From: Macrostomum lignano
Lineage: Eukaryota
Direction: 5' to 3'
DNA: 36,867 nt
Assembly: GCA_002269645.1 (NCBI GenBank)
Contig: NIVC01003565.1
Span: forward strand, 1-36,867
Within the stretch, counting starts at the first letter, position 1; each line of letters begins with the position of its first letter. A program made the translations under genes and the position numbers. The notes beneath the pieces were generated by a model. It was not told where the DNA came from, searched no databases, and saw only the letters and a list, made by a program, of their open reading frames with translations. Shown piece by piece: positions 33,213-36,867 of the stretch.

Positions 33213-35086
33213 GCCTGCAAATGATGGTTTCCAATGCATATTCTTATAGTGCTGTCGCTTGTAGTAACTGCAACTATGACTACCAGTGCTTAGTCAGATG
33301 ACACGGGTCACCTATGGTACCCCTTCATTCGCCTTCAATACACAGTGGCAACTAGAAATTGATAGCTATTTCCTTTCTGTACTTTTTTCAAAGCATGCCA
33401 TCATCCCTCCATAGACAGAATGCACTGCTAAGATAGGAAAATGTTGCACTGGCACTGTCACTCAAAATTGGTACAAATTTTCAATTTAAAATAGTTGTAG
33501 AAAAGGTAGCTTGAAAATTTTAATAGATGTGTTTTCTGTTTTTAACAAATGTAATTTTCAAATTTTTAACAATAAAATAGCCTATCTGTTGCATAGGACA
33601 ATTCTGTACTGATAATATTGAATTGGTAATATGAAAAGGCCCTATTTTGAAAAGTATATATTAAAAGTTGCTAAATATGGGGGAGAGGCAGGAACCATTG
33701 ATGCCCCTCCCCCCCCCTGGTCCTGCCCCCATTCTGACACTTATGGTGCCAAATATTGTTAATTAAAAAAGTGTAACTAAACTTAAGTAGCCTTGTTATT
33801 CTAAAAAGATTAGATAGGCCTAAGCTATAAAAACAGGTTTAAGTTGATATGATTTAAAAATTACCTAAATTAAAAGTTATGAAACGTGATTAAGATAAAC
33901 TCAGGAGCAGTAAGTAACAAAAAATCGAAATAAGACATTCTGATTCTTCCTGTATTAGTGATTAGTGATTGTGACTTGATTGTGATTTGTGTTAAAATAA
34001 AAACATTGATTAAGCTGAGTTGGGAAACTTGACAACATAAATTTCTTGGGAATTTCTCGGCTTCCGCACTGATTACTGCACGGATCAGATAAGATAACCT
34101 TTACTCGTAGAAGCGCAAACTTTTCAAGGGTGCACTACTGTAAGGTGCATGAGCATTTGATCATGCAACTTGTTCCAAGTCAAGTCATATGTATATGTAA
34201 ATTGCTTGTCATATGTTTTACTTTAAATTCAATACGATGCTTTTTTAAACTAGTGTTAAACAGAAAAATCCTTGGATTTACAATCTTAGAAAATTACTTT
34301 GTAACAAAATGGCCTAATTTCTTACTTCAGCTACTTTCTTTCTATATATGTATATATATTTGTTTAAGTTTTACTTGAGTATAGTCCAAAATTCGACAGT
34401 GGAAAATACGTTCTTTTAACAGCGAGGTTGGAACTTCTGACTGAAGCTTACTGAAATTGTACCGTTTTAAAATCTTGCTGGTTTGGCTACCGTAAACTTT
34501 GCAGAAAATGGGAGGTCTAGCTTTTTATTGGCTTCTAAATCAAATTTTACAATGCTTGTTTTAAAGTTTGTAGTTCTTATTCTTAGTTCATAAAGCAAAG
34601 TGATTAAATCCACTTTCGCTTTTGTTTTGACTGAATTTTCAAATCAGAAATTTTCTAGCCTTATAAAAGTATACAATATAAGTGAAGGTAGAGGCCATCT
34701 AGAGAAATTTTAACAGATCAATAGTTAAATATTCGTAATATTTTCTATCAATGACAATGGTTATAATTGGTTATATCAATGGTTAAATCTTTCTTCTTTT
34801 TGATAGAACTTTTGACCTTTCCGCAACAAACTGTTTTGCTGCACAATGCGTAATATTAAAAACTTATTGAGTCTAGTTTCTAGTAATTTTTTTATCGCCG
34901 AATTTCCGCCTATTTAGTTTGATTGAGCTGTATGTCACGTTTTTATGTTAGTAAAATTTTATTTTTAATTCATTTGATGTTTTAAGTTTATTGCTGTTTT
35001 TCCAAGTTTGTGCATCTTGTAAATTTTATATTACGAGAAAAAGAAGATAAAATTAAAATCTTTGCAATTGTTGCTGCGGACTAGTC
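33213..35086. promoter_or_regulatory. AT-rich divergent (head-to-head) intergenic region between the NUDT19-like (-) and M13 peptidase (+) genes
   Basis: Follows from gene orientation only; I could not assign specific promoter elements. Confidence 0.35.
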
Positions 35087-35444
35087 ATGAAGTACGTCCG
35101 CTCCAACCTTGACGAGGACAGCGAGATCGGCGGCAGCAGCAGCGGCATCGCTGGCAGCGGAGCTGGCGCCATCGGCACAGCCGGCGAGGCGTTCCAGAAT
35201 GTCCCAACAGTGACGGTGCCCCGGCCCCGGGCCAGCCGGCTGCAGCGACTTCGCAACTATTTTCGTCAGCGGAACTATCTGGAAAAGTTTTTGTTCATTG
35301 CTGTGTGCGTCCTGACCATTTTGGTGCTGCTGCTGGCGGCCTTCCTCTATCGCGTCACCTGCCCGGCGCCCCAGCACAGCTTCGAGGTGCAGTACCGCAA
35401 GGAGGTGGTGCCCGGGCCGCCAGCGAAGGGCCGAAACTTGTCCA
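35087..35444 (+). CDS. M13 (neprilysin/endothelin-converting enzyme family) peptidase, exon 1: cytoplasmic tail and type II TM anchor
   Basis: RQRNYLEKFLFIAVCVLTILVLLLAAFLY resembles the RTxLEKxL + TM motif of M13 peptidases. Donor TCC A|gtgagt (phase 1). Confidence 0.8.
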
Positions 35445-35574
35445 GTGAGTTCCAGAACTCTTTGGGAATGCGTGGGGAGGCCTGCGCGACTGGGAGTAGA
35501 AGTGCATTGTGTACTTTGATTCGAGTGACCGAGAAATGCATAGATGTACGTGTGGATTTTGTGCATAGGTATGG

Positions 35575-36132
35575 GTGAGTGAATGGGGGTGAGAGTAGAT
35601 TGAAGAGAGGGGTGAAGATTAGACAGGGGGCCCAGGGGTTAGAGTGGATGGGTGAAAGTGGATGAAGTGAGAGAGGATGGGGTGAAAGTGGTAGAGTGAG
35701 AGTGGATAGGGTGAGAGTGGATAGGGTGAGAATCGATTTGGTGAGAGTGGTTGGGTGAGAGTGGAATGGGGTGAGAGTGGATGGGGTGAGAGTGGATGGG
35801 GTGAAAGTGATAGGGTGAGAGTGGATAGGGTGAGAGTGGATAGGGTGAAAGTGGATAGGGTGAGAATGGATTTGGTGAGAGTGGTTGGGTGAGAGTGGAA
35901 TGGGGTGAGAGTGGATGGGGTGAGAGTAGATGGGTGAAAGTGGATGGGGTGAGAGTGATGGGGTGAGTGGGTAGGGTTAGAGTGGATTGGGTGAGATTGG
36001 ATAGAGTGAGAGTGGATTAGGTGAGAGTAGATGATGAAGTGAGAGTGGATTGAATGAGAGTAGATGAAGCGAGAGTAGATGGGTGAGAGTAGATGATGGA
36101 GTGAGAGTGGATGGGGTGAGAGTGGATGTGAG
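35575..36132. repeat. Purine/G-rich ~15-bp minisatellite (GGGGTGAGAGTGGAT) filling M13 intron 1
   Basis: Degenerate tandem copies are visible. Confidence 0.92.
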
Positions 36133-36160
36133 ATGGTCAGCAACGCCGCCGGTCCCGCAG

Positions 36161-36364
36161 TGGTGTGCCTGGACCCGGAGTGCATCAGCCTGAGCGCCAG
36201 GATTCTGTCCTACATGAACGAGGCCGCCAATCCGTGCGAAGATTTCTACGAATTCGCCTGCGGCTCGTTTCGCAAGCGCGTGGCGATTCCGCCGGGCACG
36301 CAGCGGGTGACGTCATTCAGCCTGCAGGCCGAGGCCAATGAGATCCTCCTGCGCAGCATCCTGG
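36161..36364 (+). CDS. M13 peptidase, exon 2 (start of the Peptidase_M13_N ectodomain); gene continues beyond the window
   Basis: VCLDPECISLSARILSYMNEAANPCEDFYEFACGSF is the canonical C-x4-C...PC[DE]DFY.FACG motif. Acceptor cccgcag|TG (phase 1), donor CTG G|gtaggg. Confidence 0.9.
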
Positions 36365-36482
36365 GTAGGGCGTTGGTGGCGGCGCGGTTGGGTGGCCGCT
36401 GGCTTTGAATAAATCCCATTTTTACTATGACGTTCGGATGCCATCAGATGCCCTTGACAGTCATGACGTTGCACAGCAAGGC

Positions 36483-36790
36483 GGGGATCATTGGATTTGG
36501 AATAATGGGATTCGGGATTATTGGATTCGGGATCATTAGATTTGAGATCATTGGATTCAGGATCATTGGATTCGGGATCATTGGACCGGATCATAAAATT
36601 CGGGATCATTGGATTTGGGATCATTGGATTCGGGATTATTGGATTCGGCATTGTTGGATTCAGGATCATTGTATTCGGATCATTAGATTCGGGATTATTG
36701 GATTCGAGATCATTGATTCGGGATTATTGATTTCGGGACTATGGATTCGGGATCATTGGATTCGGGATCGAAAGATTTGGATCTAGGCAT
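36483..36790. repeat. 15-bp minisatellite (GGATTCGGGATCATT), M13 intron 2
   Basis: About 20 degenerate tandem copies. Confidence 0.93.
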
Positions 36791-36867
36791 TTAGGATCAT
36801 GGGGTTTTGGACTATAAAATATAGTTCGAGATCATAGATTTTACATCTTAATCGTGTGATTTGGGGA

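Noticed and set aside
26746-33215. NUDT19-BTBD19(-NFI) operon resolved by spliced-leader trans-splicing (AG acceptors lie just upstream of several ATGs)
   Set aside because: Plausible cis donors exist upstream (27061 for BTBD19, 21084 for NFI), so ordinary 5' UTR introns explain the acceptors; SL reads would be needed.
33590-33750. Small MITE (catagg...cttatg with gcaggaacca/tggtcctgc dyad)
   Set aside because: The termini match too poorly and no TSD is identifiable.

Overview
Eukaryotic (metazoan) genomic window. GC-rich, poly-Ala/Gln-laden exons are separated by introns that are mostly filled by a different minisatellite each. This style suggests a Macrostomum-like flatworm, which is an inference and not shown by the sequence. 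I reconstructed four spliced genes by hand with phase-consistent GT-AG junctions. (1) A divergent Nuclear Factor I (NFI/CTF)-like transcription factor on the minus strand: 6 coding exons at 16562-6764, 894 aa, plus a candidate promoter and first exon near 21.1-21.3 kb. (2) A BTBD19-like BTB-BACK protein on the minus strand: 4 exons at 26724-22599, 412 aa. (3) A NUDT19-like peroxisomal acyl-CoA diphosphatase on the minus strand: 3 exons at 33212-30048, 394 aa, ending in the PTS1 signal ARL. (4) The first two exons of an M13 (neprilysin/ECE) peptidase on the plus strand from 35087, running off the window. Also present are an internally deleted D34D mariner with TA target duplication, two tRNA-derived relics and about 14 tandem arrays. 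The most interesting signals are: a nested antisense unit in BTBD19 intron 3 (five AP-1+MEF2 composite sites whose variation stays within both consensus motifs, then TATA, two mini-introns and a decayed acidic ORF); an NFI zinc loop that matches I-PpoI-type spacing and lacks the redox-sensitive Cys; about 52 near-invariant hairpin units starting 8 nt after the NUDT19 stop; 12 STAT-type sites beside the candidate BTBD19 5' exon; and a candidate antisense exon chain in an NFI intron. No database searches were run, so family calls rest on remembered motifs.
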